In this document: positions 1-8,797 of the stretch, in pieces
Layout of the letters: each line of letters starts with the position of its first letter
How positions within the stretch are numbered: the first letter of the stretch is position 1
NCBI GenBank assembly: GCA_049320885.1
Contig: JBMORA010000064.1
Span: 64,001 to 128,000 of the forward strand
DNA from: Thermodesulfobacteriota bacterium
Lineage (GTDB): Bacteria; Desulfobacterota; Desulfobacteria; Desulfobacterales; SURF-7
Length of the DNA: 64,000 bases
Direction: 5' to 3'
Translations under genes and position numbers: made by a program
Notes under the pieces: model-generated
What the model saw: the letters and a program-made list of their open reading frames with translations, nothing else
Databases searched by the model: none
What the model was told of the DNA's origin: nothing

Positions 1-1
1 T

Positions 2-1234
2 GCTCTCCCCGGACAAACCAACGACAGTCATGATTTTCCGTTGCAGGTCTGCCAGATCGCTCTGGTGGCCTGAAGTCCAGGTTTGGGGCGGCAGGTAGTG
101 ATTGCCGACTGTTTGAATACCGTTGCGCCATCCTTCCAGGGTGGATAATACCGATTGGGGGTGCATGAAATCGATCAGCAGGGTTTTTCCGATGAAGTCA
201 TCGATGCGGCTTTCCACAATCCGGGCGCCTGAAACATGGGGCAGGTCTATGGTTACCGTTTTGTTCATCAGAACCGTCTCGGTTTCCTCCCGGTCTTCAC
301 TTGCGGCAAAGGAATCCCCGTAGATCCGGGAAGCCAGCCAGGATACAAAATAGCCTGTTCTGGTGGACACCCGGCAGGTGAGATCGCAGGGGAAATAGAA
401 AACTTGTCCGTTTCTTACCGCTTCCACATCCTTCCAGCCTTCCCGGATCAAGGTCTCCCGGGCGACATTTTTATCGTCCTCACAACCATAGATCACCTGG
501 GGGTTGTACTTTCGCCATTGTGCCAATGTAATCGGGACGACGGCTCCGTCCCGGACGAAGTCCGGCGCAATGCCTCCGGCGGCAAGGATCAGCTCATCCT
601 GAAAGGATGTTTTTCCAGGAGTCATGATGGTGCCGGCGCCGTCCATGATTCGGATCACCCGTCTGCGGTTTTCCGGCGGAATTTTCTCCATTTTCCGCGC
701 CACGAGATCCAGTTCCGCCTGGATGTCTGCAATGAGACGCCCGGCCTGCGCCTCTTTCCGGAAAAGTTTTCCCAGCAGACGGATGGCGTTATAACTTCCT
801 TCAATGGTGCGGCTGTCCAGTTCAATCAGCCGGACATGGCCTGCTGCATAACGTTGACGAATCGCCTTGTGCTGTTGCGACAGAAAAATCAAATCCGGGG
901 ACAACTGATCGATTCTTTCGATGGATGGATGGTAGAAGCCGCCCACCACTGGCAGGCCGGCCGCTTCCGGCGGACAGGTGTCATGGATGGTCACTCCGGC
1001 CAGCACATCACCGGCGCCGATGCCGAACAGCATTTCCGTGACCGAAGGCACGAGGGATATGACCCGGCCGGGCGGTTTGGCGAAATCAAACCGCTGTCCG
1101 CTGGCATCCACAACGCTCAGGGAGGCGGCTCCGATGGCTTGAGCGCATCCGAAGAAAAGGATCATGGCCGCCAGACAGGGCCCTATGCGGTCGGTGCGGT
1201 TCTTTTTTGGGAATGATCGGGTGGTTGTTTCCAT
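2..1234 (-). CDS. Cobalamin/corrinoid-binding periplasmic protein (BtuF-like) with C-terminal extension, probably adenosylcobinamide amidohydrolase (CbiZ)-like; runs off the window edge
   Basis: Not in the ORF track because it has no stop in the window. Hand translation from ATG 1234 gives METTTRS...signal-like AAMILFFGCAQAIGA, then PGRVISLVPSVTEMLFGIGAG...VVGGFYHPSIERIDQLSPDLI (class III helical-backbone binding protein), then a further domain ...VLSTLEG...VGNHY. Lies directly downstream of the B12-riboswitch/TonB receptor. Confidence 0.8.
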   Translation of the reverse strand, partial: METTTRSFPKKNRTDRIGPCLAAMILFFGCAQAIGAASLSVVDASGQRFDFAKPPGRVISLVPSVTEMLFGIGAGDVLAGVTIHDTCPPEAAGLPVVGGFYHPSIERIDQLSPDLIFLSQQHKAIRQRYAAGHVRLIELDSRTIEGSYNAIRLLGKLFRKEAQAGRLIADIQAELDLVARKMEKIPPENRRRVIRIMDGAGTIMTPGKTSFQDELILAAGGIAPDFVRDGAVVPITLAQWRKYNPQVIYGCEDDKNVARETLIREGWKDVEAVRNGQVFYFPCDLTCRVSTRTGYFVSWLASRIYGDSFAASEDREETETVLMNKTVTIDLPHVSGARIVESRIDDFIGKTLLIDFMHPQSVLSTLEGWRNGIQTVGNHYLPPQTWTSGHQSDLADLQRKIMTVVGLSGES

Positions 1235-1289
1235 GATAATCCCGTCAGGTGTTTCCGGTTGAGGCACGGCTTCCCCTGGAGCGCTGTAT

Positions 1290-3344
1290 TCAATATTGAT
1301 AAGTGACGGATGCGTACACGGAACGACCGGCTCCCGGGAATGGCCCATAATGCCTCGTGCCGCCGCCGTCGACGAAACTTCCCACATAGGTGTCGTATTC
1401 CTCGTCCATCAGATTCGAGGCCTCTAAGGCCAACAGCCAGTTGTCCAACAGGCGTTGATCGATTCGGAGATCCATGGTTGTATATCCATCCATGGTGTAG
1501 GAAGGGACGGCATCCGTGGCGGAACGATAGAAATCCCTTCTGCTCGTGTACCGCATCACCGCCGTGGCGGTCAATCCGAAGGGACTCCGGTAACGGACAT
1601 CCGCCTTGGTGAGATGCTCGGGTACATACTGGGCATTGCGGGTCAGAAAGGGAGTTTCTTCCTCCGCATTGGTATGGGTATACCCCAGGGAGGCGCCGAA
1701 GGCATAAACAGGGTCATATTTCAATGCGGCTTCCCAGCCGTTTCCCCTGCTTTTATTGACATTGGTGGGGGTCCACTTGTTGCCGAACGGTCCCGGGAAA
1801 TTCGGGTTTTCCGCCCAGGTGATCTTGTCCTCCACATTCCAGTTGAAATAGGAAAATGACAGATCGAGCTTTTCGTCCAGGAGTTCCTGCTCCACGGTGA
1901 TATCGGTATGCCAGCCGGTCTGGGGTTTGAGGTCCGGATTGCCCCGGACGAAATCGTCTTCCGGCCAGAAAAGATCGTTGGGAGTGGGGGCCTTGAAATG
2001 CTTGCCGTGGGTGACTTTCAGCGCGGTCTGGTTAAGCGGGTTCAGGATCATTCCCAACAGGGGCAAATTTTCCGTTCCAAAGGTGGAATGATTTTCCTGA
2101 CGGACGCCGGCCAGGAATTTAATGAAACGATGGGGGCGGTACTGGGTTTCGGCATACATCCCCTTGGTTTCGATTTCCGCCTTGTTGGTGGTTTCACCGG
2201 ATAGATCCGCTCCGCCGGCATCCAGATCGACCTGCCGGGTTTTCCAGTCATGTTCCTTGATATCTCCGCCGAGCAACAAACTGGCCCCCTCCAAGGGCTT
2301 GAATTCCAGATTGCCTTCGGCGCCGGTGATGGTGTTGTCCACCCAGGTTTTCATCCCGGCGCCCGCCGGCGTCAACCAGGAAGCGGCGTTGTATCGTTCG
2401 CAATCATAACTCTCCATATCCGTGTAATACCCCTTGAGGTTCAATTCCAGCCATTTCAGCGGTTTGCTGCCGATGTCCAGCACGGCATGCCCGTCCTTGG
2501 TTTCCCCTTGATCCAGTAGACTCGCGGAGGCATCGTCATAAAATTGCACGCCGCCGATAAAATGGTTCGTCGGCTGCGCTTCGGGCGGGGGGTCGATTCC
2601 CGGACGGCCGAAATCCCGGTCGATATAGTCACCGTAAAGACTGACATCCAGCTTGTCACCCTTATCGTATACGAGTTTTAATGATACATCGTTCTGGCTC
2701 AGATCGCCGTTATCGCGGTGACCGTCCGTTTCCTGACGGCCGGCGGTCAGGTAATAACCGACATTATCGGTTACGAACATTCCCTGTTCGGCGGAGACCG
2801 CATAGGTCCCCTGGGTCCCATAGCCCGCACTGGCGCTCAAATCCATTCGGTCGCGCTGGGGGGCTTTGGTGAGGATGTTGATGGTTCCCGCCATGGCGCC
2901 CGATCCATAGAGCAATGACCCAGACCCCTTGACGATTTCAATCCGTTCGATGTTGTTCAGGGGCATGCCGCTCACATCGGCTGATCCAAGGGACGGGGAA
3001 TTGATGCTGACACCGTTCACCAGCACCTGAACTTCGTCTCCGGCCATGCCGCGCATATGGATTTCTTCCCCCGCACCGCCATAATCCCCTCTGGTCCGCC
3101 AGTCGATCCCCGGTTCATTGGCCAGTAGTTCTCCCAGGCTCCGGACCGGTGACGATTCAATATCCAGCATATCCTTGATGATCACCGGGTTGGGGATATC
3201 CTGCCTTTTTTCCTCGGTTTTGGTGGCAGTGACGATGACCGGCGCAAGGGTTGGAACGGCGGATGGTTCTTTTCGCTCTTTAGCGGATAGAACTGTCGGC
3301 AGCAGACATGTCAAGGCCAACCAGAATGCGATCTTTTTTTTCAT
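1290..3344 (-). CDS. TonB-dependent outer-membrane receptor, BtuB-like (cobalamin)
   Basis: Signal peptide, TonB-box-like PVIVTAT, plug motif IERIEIVKGSGSLLYGSGAMAGTINI, GNPDLKPQ, aromatic C-terminus. Cobalamin riboswitch upstream. Confidence 0.9.
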   Translation of the reverse strand: MKKKIAFWLALTCLLPTVLSAKERKEPSAVPTLAPVIVTATKTEEKRQDIPNPVIIKDMLDIESSPVRSLGELLANEPGIDWRTRGDYGGAGEEIHMRGMAGDEVQVLVNGVSINSPSLGSADVSGMPLNNIERIEIVKGSGSLLYGSGAMAGTINILTKAPQRDRMDLSASAGYGTQGTYAVSAEQGMFVTDNVGYYLTAGRQETDGHRDNGDLSQNDVSLKLVYDKGDKLDVSLYGDYIDRDFGRPGIDPPPEAQPTNHFIGGVQFYDDASASLLDQGETKDGHAVLDIGSKPLKWLELNLKGYYTDMESYDCERYNAASWLTPAGAGMKTWVDNTITGAEGNLEFKPLEGASLLLGGDIKEHDWKTRQVDLDAGGADLSGETTNKAEIETKGMYAETQYRPHRFIKFLAGVRQENHSTFGTENLPLLGMILNPLNQTALKVTHGKHFKAPTPNDLFWPEDDFVRGNPDLKPQTGWHTDITVEQELLDEKLDLSFSYFNWNVEDKITWAENPNFPGPFGNKWTPTNVNKSRGNGWEAALKYDPVYAFGASLGYTHTNAEEETPFLTRNAQYVPEHLTKADVRYRSPFGLTATAVMRYTSRRDFYRSATDAVPSYTMDGYTTMDLRIDQRLLDNWLLALEASNLMDEEYDTYVGSFVDGGGTRHYGPFPGAGRSVYASVTYQY

Positions 3345-3380
3345 TTTTTCCCCTTTTTGTCATCAAAACCGGTCACGGAG

Positions 3381-3416
3381 AAAAAAAAACCCCGGACCGT
3401 CGGTTGCGATCCAGGG
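3381..3416 (-). terminator. Intrinsic terminator in the 5' leader (riboswitch expression platform)
   Basis: On the minus strand CCCTGGATCG-loop-CGGTCCGGGG forms a 10-bp stem (two G-U pairs) followed by a T9 run, between the aptamer and the TonB receptor start. Confidence 0.7.
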
Positions 3417-3480
3417 ATGTCCCAATTTATCCAAATAGATCCAATCGCGTTTTCTTTTTTCCGGAAAGAAAACGCCTTCC

Positions 3481-3645
3481 ATTCAGGTAGGTCTTCTGGC
3501 TTTCGGTTCGTTCTACCGGCTGCCCCTTCCCGTCCATTTCCCGGACAGTGGCTCCATGCAGCTTTCGTCCCCGATTACAGCGGCGGGCCCGCAGCGGTTT
3601 TTCACCGCTTTCCCTTTTATGCCTCGGCAGGCACCTGAACAGTGC
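3481..3645 (-). promoter_or_regulatory. Cobalamin riboswitch aptamer
   Basis: Reverse complement contains the typical elements GGTG..AAAGGGAA..GGTGAAA..CCG..GC.CCCGC..CTGTA..GCCACTG..GGGAAGG..AAGCCAGAAGACCT.CC, located upstream of a BtuB/BtuF-like unit. Confidence 0.93.
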
Positions 3646-3726
3646 TTGTTCGGGTTATAGAGATACCCTTTCGTTTTGGAAAAAGTCAAGGGAAAATTCC
3701 CGTCGGAAATGCCGACGGGTTTCCGC

Positions 3727-5139
3727 CTATCGACGTTTCAACAGGTTCTTGGCGCTGCTGATCTCCACATAGGAGGCCCCGTTGTCCGAACCGAAATTTC
3801 CGGCCAGAACCGTGATCAGATCGTCTTCCGTGAAATGTTTTTCGTCCAGCAGCCGGGTCAGGGCCGTGCGCAGAAATTCGTGGGAGGAGAGGTCCCTTTC
3901 CATGAAATGCGCATAGACGCCGAAGGACAAGGCCAGCTCGCGCATGACTCGTTTGCTGTAACATTGCGCGAAAATTGGATTTTCACCTCGATAGGCGGCA
4001 AGACTCAGAATCGTTTTGCCGCTGATGGTGTCGGCGATCAGGGCCTTTGTATTCAGCCGCAAGGAGGCCTTGACAGCGGCCTTGGAAAGATAACTCGTGA
4101 CGTTGTTCTTGCTTTCATAGGTCGTATCGATGAAGGTGCTGTGGCTGGATTCCACTTCGGCGGCAATTTTCGCCATCATGCCGACGGCTTCAATCGGATA
4201 TTTGCCATGGGCGGTTTCCCCGGAAAGCATGATCGCATCCGTATGATCGAGACAGGCGTTGGCCACATCGGAGACCTCGGCCCGGGTCGGCCGGGGAGAC
4301 TGAATCATGGATTGCAGCATCTGGGTGGCGATGATCACCGGTTTTCGTCTTTCGATGCATTTTTTTACCAGATTTTTTTGAATAAGAGGGATTCGCTCCG
4401 CCGGAATCTCGATGGCAAGATCACCCCTTGCCACCATCACCCCGTAGGCATGATCCAGGATTTCATCGATATTGTTCACGCCTTCCTGGTTTTCAATTTT
4501 GGCGATGATCTTGATGGCGCTTTTTTTCTCATCCAGGATTTTCTGGATGGACAGGATGTCTTCCTTATTTCGGACAAAGGAATGCGCGATGAAATCAATG
4601 TCCTGTTCGGCCGCGAAGGCGATGAAGTTCTTGTCCTTCTCACTCAAGGAGGGCAGGTTCCTGATTTTGACGGATGGCAGATTGATGCTCTTTCTTCCGC
4701 GGATGGTGCCTTCGTTTTTAACCTCACAGGTCAATTGCCGGCTGTTCTTTTCCAATACGGCCAGTTCGATGTCGCCGTCATCGATGAGAATCCTGTCGCC
4801 CGGAGACAGGTCGTCCACAAAATGATCGTAATTGACGACAACGCATTCCGGGGAAGACATTTCGTTGGGTCCACCCTTGACATGGATAATATCGCCGCAT
4901 TTGACGATAATGTCCTCTTTCGTCGGCGTGGTTCTGATTTCAGGCCCCTTGGTGTCGATCATGATGGCGATCCGGTCGGACACGGCCCGCACTTTCTGAA
5001 TCGTCTCCAGGGCCTCGTCCTGGTTTTGGTGTGCCGTGTTCATCCGGACCACGTCCATTCCGGTTTCGTGCAGTCGGCGGATAAAATCCATATCACTATT
5101 TACATTTGAGATAGTTGCGATAATTTTTGTTTTTTTCAC
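3727..5139 (-). CDS. pyk: Pyruvate kinase
   Basis: KTKIIATI, RMNTAH, DTKGPEIRT, IIAKIENQEG, MVARGDLAIE, ATQMLQSM, PTRAEVSDVAN, MLSGETA. Start placed at GTG 5139. Confidence 0.97.
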   Translation of the reverse strand: MKKTKIIATISNVNSDMDFIRRLHETGMDVVRMNTAHQNQDEALETIQKVRAVSDRIAIMIDTKGPEIRTTPTKEDIIVKCGDIIHVKGGPNEMSSPECVVVNYDHFVDDLSPGDRILIDDGDIELAVLEKNSRQLTCEVKNEGTIRGRKSINLPSVKIRNLPSLSEKDKNFIAFAAEQDIDFIAHSFVRNKEDILSIQKILDEKKSAIKIIAKIENQEGVNNIDEILDHAYGVMVARGDLAIEIPAERIPLIQKNLVKKCIERRKPVIIATQMLQSMIQSPRPTRAEVSDVANACLDHTDAIMLSGETAHGKYPIEAVGMMAKIAAEVESSHSTFIDTTYESKNNVTSYLSKAAVKASLRLNTKALIADTISGKTILSLAAYRGENPIFAQCYSKRVMRELALSFGVYAHFMERDLSSHEFLRTALTRLLDEKHFTEDDLITVLAGNFGSDNGASYVEISSAKNLLKRR

Positions 5140-5233
5140 GTTTGCCTTCCCTCGATTGTGGAGGAAATCCGTTTGAATCCTGCGGAAAGCCACCGGCGAT
5201 TTCGCCGGCCCTTGCCGTCCGGGGAGGAAGATG

Positions 5234-5836
5234 TCAGGCTTTCAAGAAGCGGCCGACATTTACGATCATCGCTTCGGCCTTCTCAATGGATTCGGCGGTT
5301 TGAACACTCATTTCCATATCCTTTGCCGCTGTTTCGAACAACCCGTTGATTTCCTTTGTTTCGGGGTTGACCACCAGGATGACTTTGCCGACACCGCCAT
5401 TGTATAGGTTGTACAACAATTTGCGCATCTGAAACAACACCCGCCGATCCTCGAAGCGCGACATCGTCGTAATGTCCAGGATGACATGGTACCCTTCCCG
5501 CAGATTCGGGATGACGGAAAGAATGCCATTGGACGATTGCTTGGAAAAACGGTAGTCGATGGCTCCGGCCAGTTCCACATAGAGGCGATTATTGGTTTCA
5601 TCGATCCAGACCTTCCATTTGGAGTCGCCTTTTTTCCCTTCCCGTTCGAGGGGCGGACGTTTTTTACCGAACAGATCCGCTATATGGTCGTATTTTTTTT
5701 CCGCTTCGCGAAGGATCTCCTCCAGCCGGTCGATCTCCCTTACGAGAATGGGAACCGCCCGGAGAGCTATGTCCACATCTTGAAGATCTACCCGGGCTTT
5801 GTTTCTGAATTTATTTTTGATTTCGTTCAGATCCAT
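5234..5836 (-). CDS. Hypothetical protein: N-terminal coiled coil plus STAS/SpoIIAA-like C-terminal domain
   Basis: Plausible codon usage and length. The C-half pattern RLYVELAG...HVILDIT...GVGKVILVV resembles STAS/SEC14-like alpha/beta folds. Confidence 0.6.
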   Translation of the reverse strand: MDLNEIKNKFRNKARVDLQDVDIALRAVPILVREIDRLEEILREAEKKYDHIADLFGKKRPPLEREGKKGDSKWKVWIDETNNRLYVELAGAIDYRFSKQSSNGILSVIPNLREGYHVILDITTMSRFEDRRVLFQMRKLLYNLYNGGVGKVILVVNPETKEINGLFETAAKDMEMSVQTAESIEKAEAMIVNVGRFLKA

Positions 5837-6061
5837 GATATCCTGTTCTTTCAGATGATGTTAACGGGTTTGCGTCGCGGCGGCGGTGCAAGCATTCGCC
5901 CTGAAGATGATTACGCGGTGAGATCAATATTACCTGTTTCGGAAGATCGAATCAACAGGAAATATCCGGACATCTGTTTGCAACTGCCCCGCCGGTTTGC
6001 CGGGCCCATGGGAATGCCCGATGAGCATGTCTCCGCCTTTTTCCAGGGACACGGTTTGGCC

Positions 6062-6090
6062 TTGACAGCACCATCCGATTTATCCATAAT
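6062..6090 (+). promoter_or_regulatory. Sigma70-type promoter for the diguanylate cyclase gene
   Basis: TTGACA (6062-6067), 17-nt spacer, CATAAT (6085-6090). Confidence 0.7.
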
Positions 6091-6219
6091 CCGTCAACTC
6101 GCTTGAGGACCGCCTCAGGTGGTTCAAATCATCTGTCCACAGAGGCGTCAGCTCTCCCGCCGGAGGAACCCCCCGGCGGTGGGAAACGCCTTTCAGAAAC
6201 GAAAGCGCTCATAAACATC

Positions 6220-7329
6220 ATGAACGAACTTGATGCAATTCTGCTGCGACTCCAGGAAAACGAAGAAATAACAAAAAAATTTCATCGAGTTGAAACCAAA
6301 ATCCTTTCGATTCTCAATTTCAAAGACCTTTTTGAAGTATTGTTAACGGAGATCCAGGACAATTTCAAAGTACCCTATGTGTGGATTTCCATGGTGGAAA
6401 ACAGCGAAATATCCAGTCTGATTGAATCCCTGGGTTCCTCGGATTTGCTGAAGGAGCACATCAATCTGATCGATAAGGATGTCTTCCTGGATTTGATCGA
6501 GCATCATACCGATCCGATTCTGGCGAACAAGAAGCTGAAACCATATTTCAAGCTCTTCCCGCAAAACAGGAAATTTTTTATCAAATCCCTTGCCGTGGCG
6601 CCCATCACCCTGGACGGCGAGATTATCGGCAGTCTGAATCAGGCCGATGCTTCACCCTCGCGGTTCCAGCCGGGAATGGATACCTCGCTGCTGCAGCAAC
6701 TGGCATTGAAAGTGTCCATCTGCCTTTCCAATGTGACAGCCCATGAAAAATTGAAATTTCTTGCCTACCATGATCCATTGACCGGTCTGCTGAATCGCCG
6801 TGTCATGGAAAATATCCTGGAACGCGAGGTCCAACGCGCCAGGCGTTATCGGAAACCCCTCTCGGTTGTTTTTGCCGATCTGGATTTTTTCAAGCATTTC
6901 AATGACACTTACGGGCATGAGCGCGGTGATGACATTCTCGTGTTTGTCGCCGACACGCTCCTGAAAATGAGCCGGCAGTCGGATATCGTGGCCCGTTTTG
7001 CAGGGGATGAATTCGTGCTGATTCTTCCGGAAACCGATGCCCAGCAGACCGAAAACCTGATGGAGCGCATCGTTTCCCACTTCAAAGTCACCCCTTATCA
7101 TTTCCCGCAGGCAGAAGTTCATGTCTCCATCAGCTATGGGATGGCCTCATCCACCGAAGGGGAGACCGATTTGCCCGAAGAGCTGCTGAAAAAGGCAGAT
7201 GAGCGGTTATACCAGCGGAAGAGAACCCGCGACAATGTATCGCCCCGGAACCTGGTCACACCCATTGCGGATAATAAAGTGATCAACCTGTCCGTTGCGG
7301 CGGCGGAGAAAAACCCCCAGACAGAATAA
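6220..7329 (+). CDS. Diguanylate cyclase-family protein with GAF-like (DUF484-like) N-terminal domain; AGDEF variant
   Basis: AYHDPLTGLLNRR, DLDFFKHFNDTYGHERGD, RQSD (I-site) IVARFAGDEF, SISYG, ADERLYQRK. Confidence 0.9.
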   Translation: MNELDAILLRLQENEEITKKFHRVETKILSILNFKDLFEVLLTEIQDNFKVPYVWISMVENSEISSLIESLGSSDLLKEHINLIDKDVFLDLIEHHTDPILANKKLKPYFKLFPQNRKFFIKSLAVAPITLDGEIIGSLNQADASPSRFQPGMDTSLLQQLALKVSICLSNVTAHEKLKFLAYHDPLTGLLNRRVMENILEREVQRARRYRKPLSVVFADLDFFKHFNDTYGHERGDDILVFVADTLLKMSRQSDIVARFAGDEFVLILPETDAQQTENLMERIVSHFKVTPYHFPQAEVHVSISYGMASSTEGETDLPEELLKKADERLYQRKRTRDNVSPRNLVTPIADNKVINLSVAAAEKNPQTE

Positions 7330-7354
7330 TGGTTCCGACGGGAGTGAACACCCC

Positions 7355-8797
7355 TCATGTCCGGGATGCCGGAATCGGCTGGGGGGGAAGTTTTTCCGGT
7401 ATCCGGATCAGGAAAACAACGCCCTCGTCTGGGGTGCTGGTGCACTCCAGTTCTCCCCCAAGGGACTGGGTCACCAGATTATACAGAATATGCATGCCCA
7501 GCCCTGTTCCGCCACGGGATCGCTTGGTTGTAAAAAATGGATCGAACATCTTATCAAGGGTTTCCCGATCCATGCCTTTACCGTTATCCGTGTAGTATAA
7601 AATCAGGTGTCGGCCTTCCTGCCATATGTTGATACAGATCCGGCCGTCGGGGATTCCCTCGAAACCGTGGATCAGGGAGTTCATCACCAGATTCGTGATT
7701 AATTGCGAGAAAACGCCCGGGTAGGTGTGGAAACGGATGTCGTCCGCGCAATTGAGCGTCACCGCGTGACGGCTGGATTTGAATTGGGGCCGCAGACTGA
7801 AGAGAATGTCATCGATGTAGGTTTTTACCTGGATTCGTCTGCATTCCTGGCTGGTCTGATCCACGGCCACCTGCTTGAAGCTGCGGACCTGATCCGCCAC
7901 CCTCTGGAGATTGATCATCATGATATCGGCTGTTTCCGCTGCAAAAGCATAGAATTTTTCAACGGCGGCGGGATTTTTTTCTCCGTTTTCCCAATGCGCT
8001 CTTTGTTCCCGCACGCGGTGCTCCAGCAAGGACGCCGCCGTTATGCCGATTCCCAGGGGGGTATTGATTTCATGGGCCACGCCGGCCACCAGACCGCCGA
8101 GGGCCGCCATCTTTTCCGATTGCACCAATTGGGTCTTGGCAATTTCTAGGTTTTTCAGCGAAGCCTGAAGAGACTGGTTGGCGGATTGCATTTGATGAAG
8201 ATATGCGTTTGTTTTGTTATTGGCTTCCTCCGAGGCGGCCATGGCTTTTTCCAGGTGTTTTTTGGACTGGATCAATTCCCGGGTCATGGTATAGGAGTAC
8301 TGGCCGAACAGGCTGAAGTAGACGCTTGTCATCAGGGCGCACAATATTATGGTGGCCCAACCGGAGGAAATATCGATCTGGAACCCCTCCAGGGCGATGC
8401 CTGCCAGGGCTCCCAGCACGGAAACCATGGAAGCCTTGACCAGCAGCAACACCCCGCCGACCCGAAGCGTATTGGAGAAAAGAATATTCAGGAATGTGAA
8501 GGCCACCCACAACTGGAAATGGGCGATGGGAATAAAAAAACCGAAAAAAAAGGCGTCCACATACATATTGCGGATTTCAATGATTTTGGATGGATGTTTC
8601 CGGGAGGCGAGCCATAATGCCAGGTGGGGCCAGGCCAGGCAGAAGGAGACGGGCAGCCAGATGAGGGGATCGGTTTTCCGGCCGTACAGAATGGTCGCCA
8701 TGATGAAAAACACAAAGGTGCCGCCCACCAGCCGGGGGATATAGTTGATTCGGACAATGGGGTGCTGTTTCCCGGTATTTCTTTCTTTCCGGATCAT
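7355..8797 (-). CDS. Membrane sensor histidine kinase with MASE2-like N-terminal domain
   Basis: H-box EKMAALGGLVAGVAHEINTPLG, N-box NLVMNSLIHG, G1 DNGKGM, F FDPFFTTK, G2 GTGLG. N-terminal TM region has PRLVG...WPHLA...EIRN..VDA. Confidence 0.88.
   Translation of the reverse strand: MIRKERNTGKQHPIVRINYIPRLVGGTFVFFIMATILYGRKTDPLIWLPVSFCLAWPHLALWLASRKHPSKIIEIRNMYVDAFFFGFFIPIAHFQLWVAFTFLNILFSNTLRVGGVLLLVKASMVSVLGALAGIALEGFQIDISSGWATIILCALMTSVYFSLFGQYSYTMTRELIQSKKHLEKAMAASEEANNKTNAYLHQMQSANQSLQASLKNLEIAKTQLVQSEKMAALGGLVAGVAHEINTPLGIGITAASLLEHRVREQRAHWENGEKNPAAVEKFYAFAAETADIMMINLQRVADQVRSFKQVAVDQTSQECRRIQVKTYIDDILFSLRPQFKSSRHAVTLNCADDIRFHTYPGVFSQLITNLVMNSLIHGFEGIPDGRICINIWQEGRHLILYYTDNGKGMDRETLDKMFDPFFTTKRSRGGTGLGMHILYNLVTQSLGGELECTSTPDEGVVFLIRIPEKLPPQPIPASRT

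Noticed and set aside
236..1216. 326-aa plus-strand ORF
   Set aside because: Shadow of the minus-strand BtuF-like gene, which the track missed because it lacks a stop in the window.
3676..5109. 477-aa plus-strand ORF
   Set aside because: Antisense to pyk.
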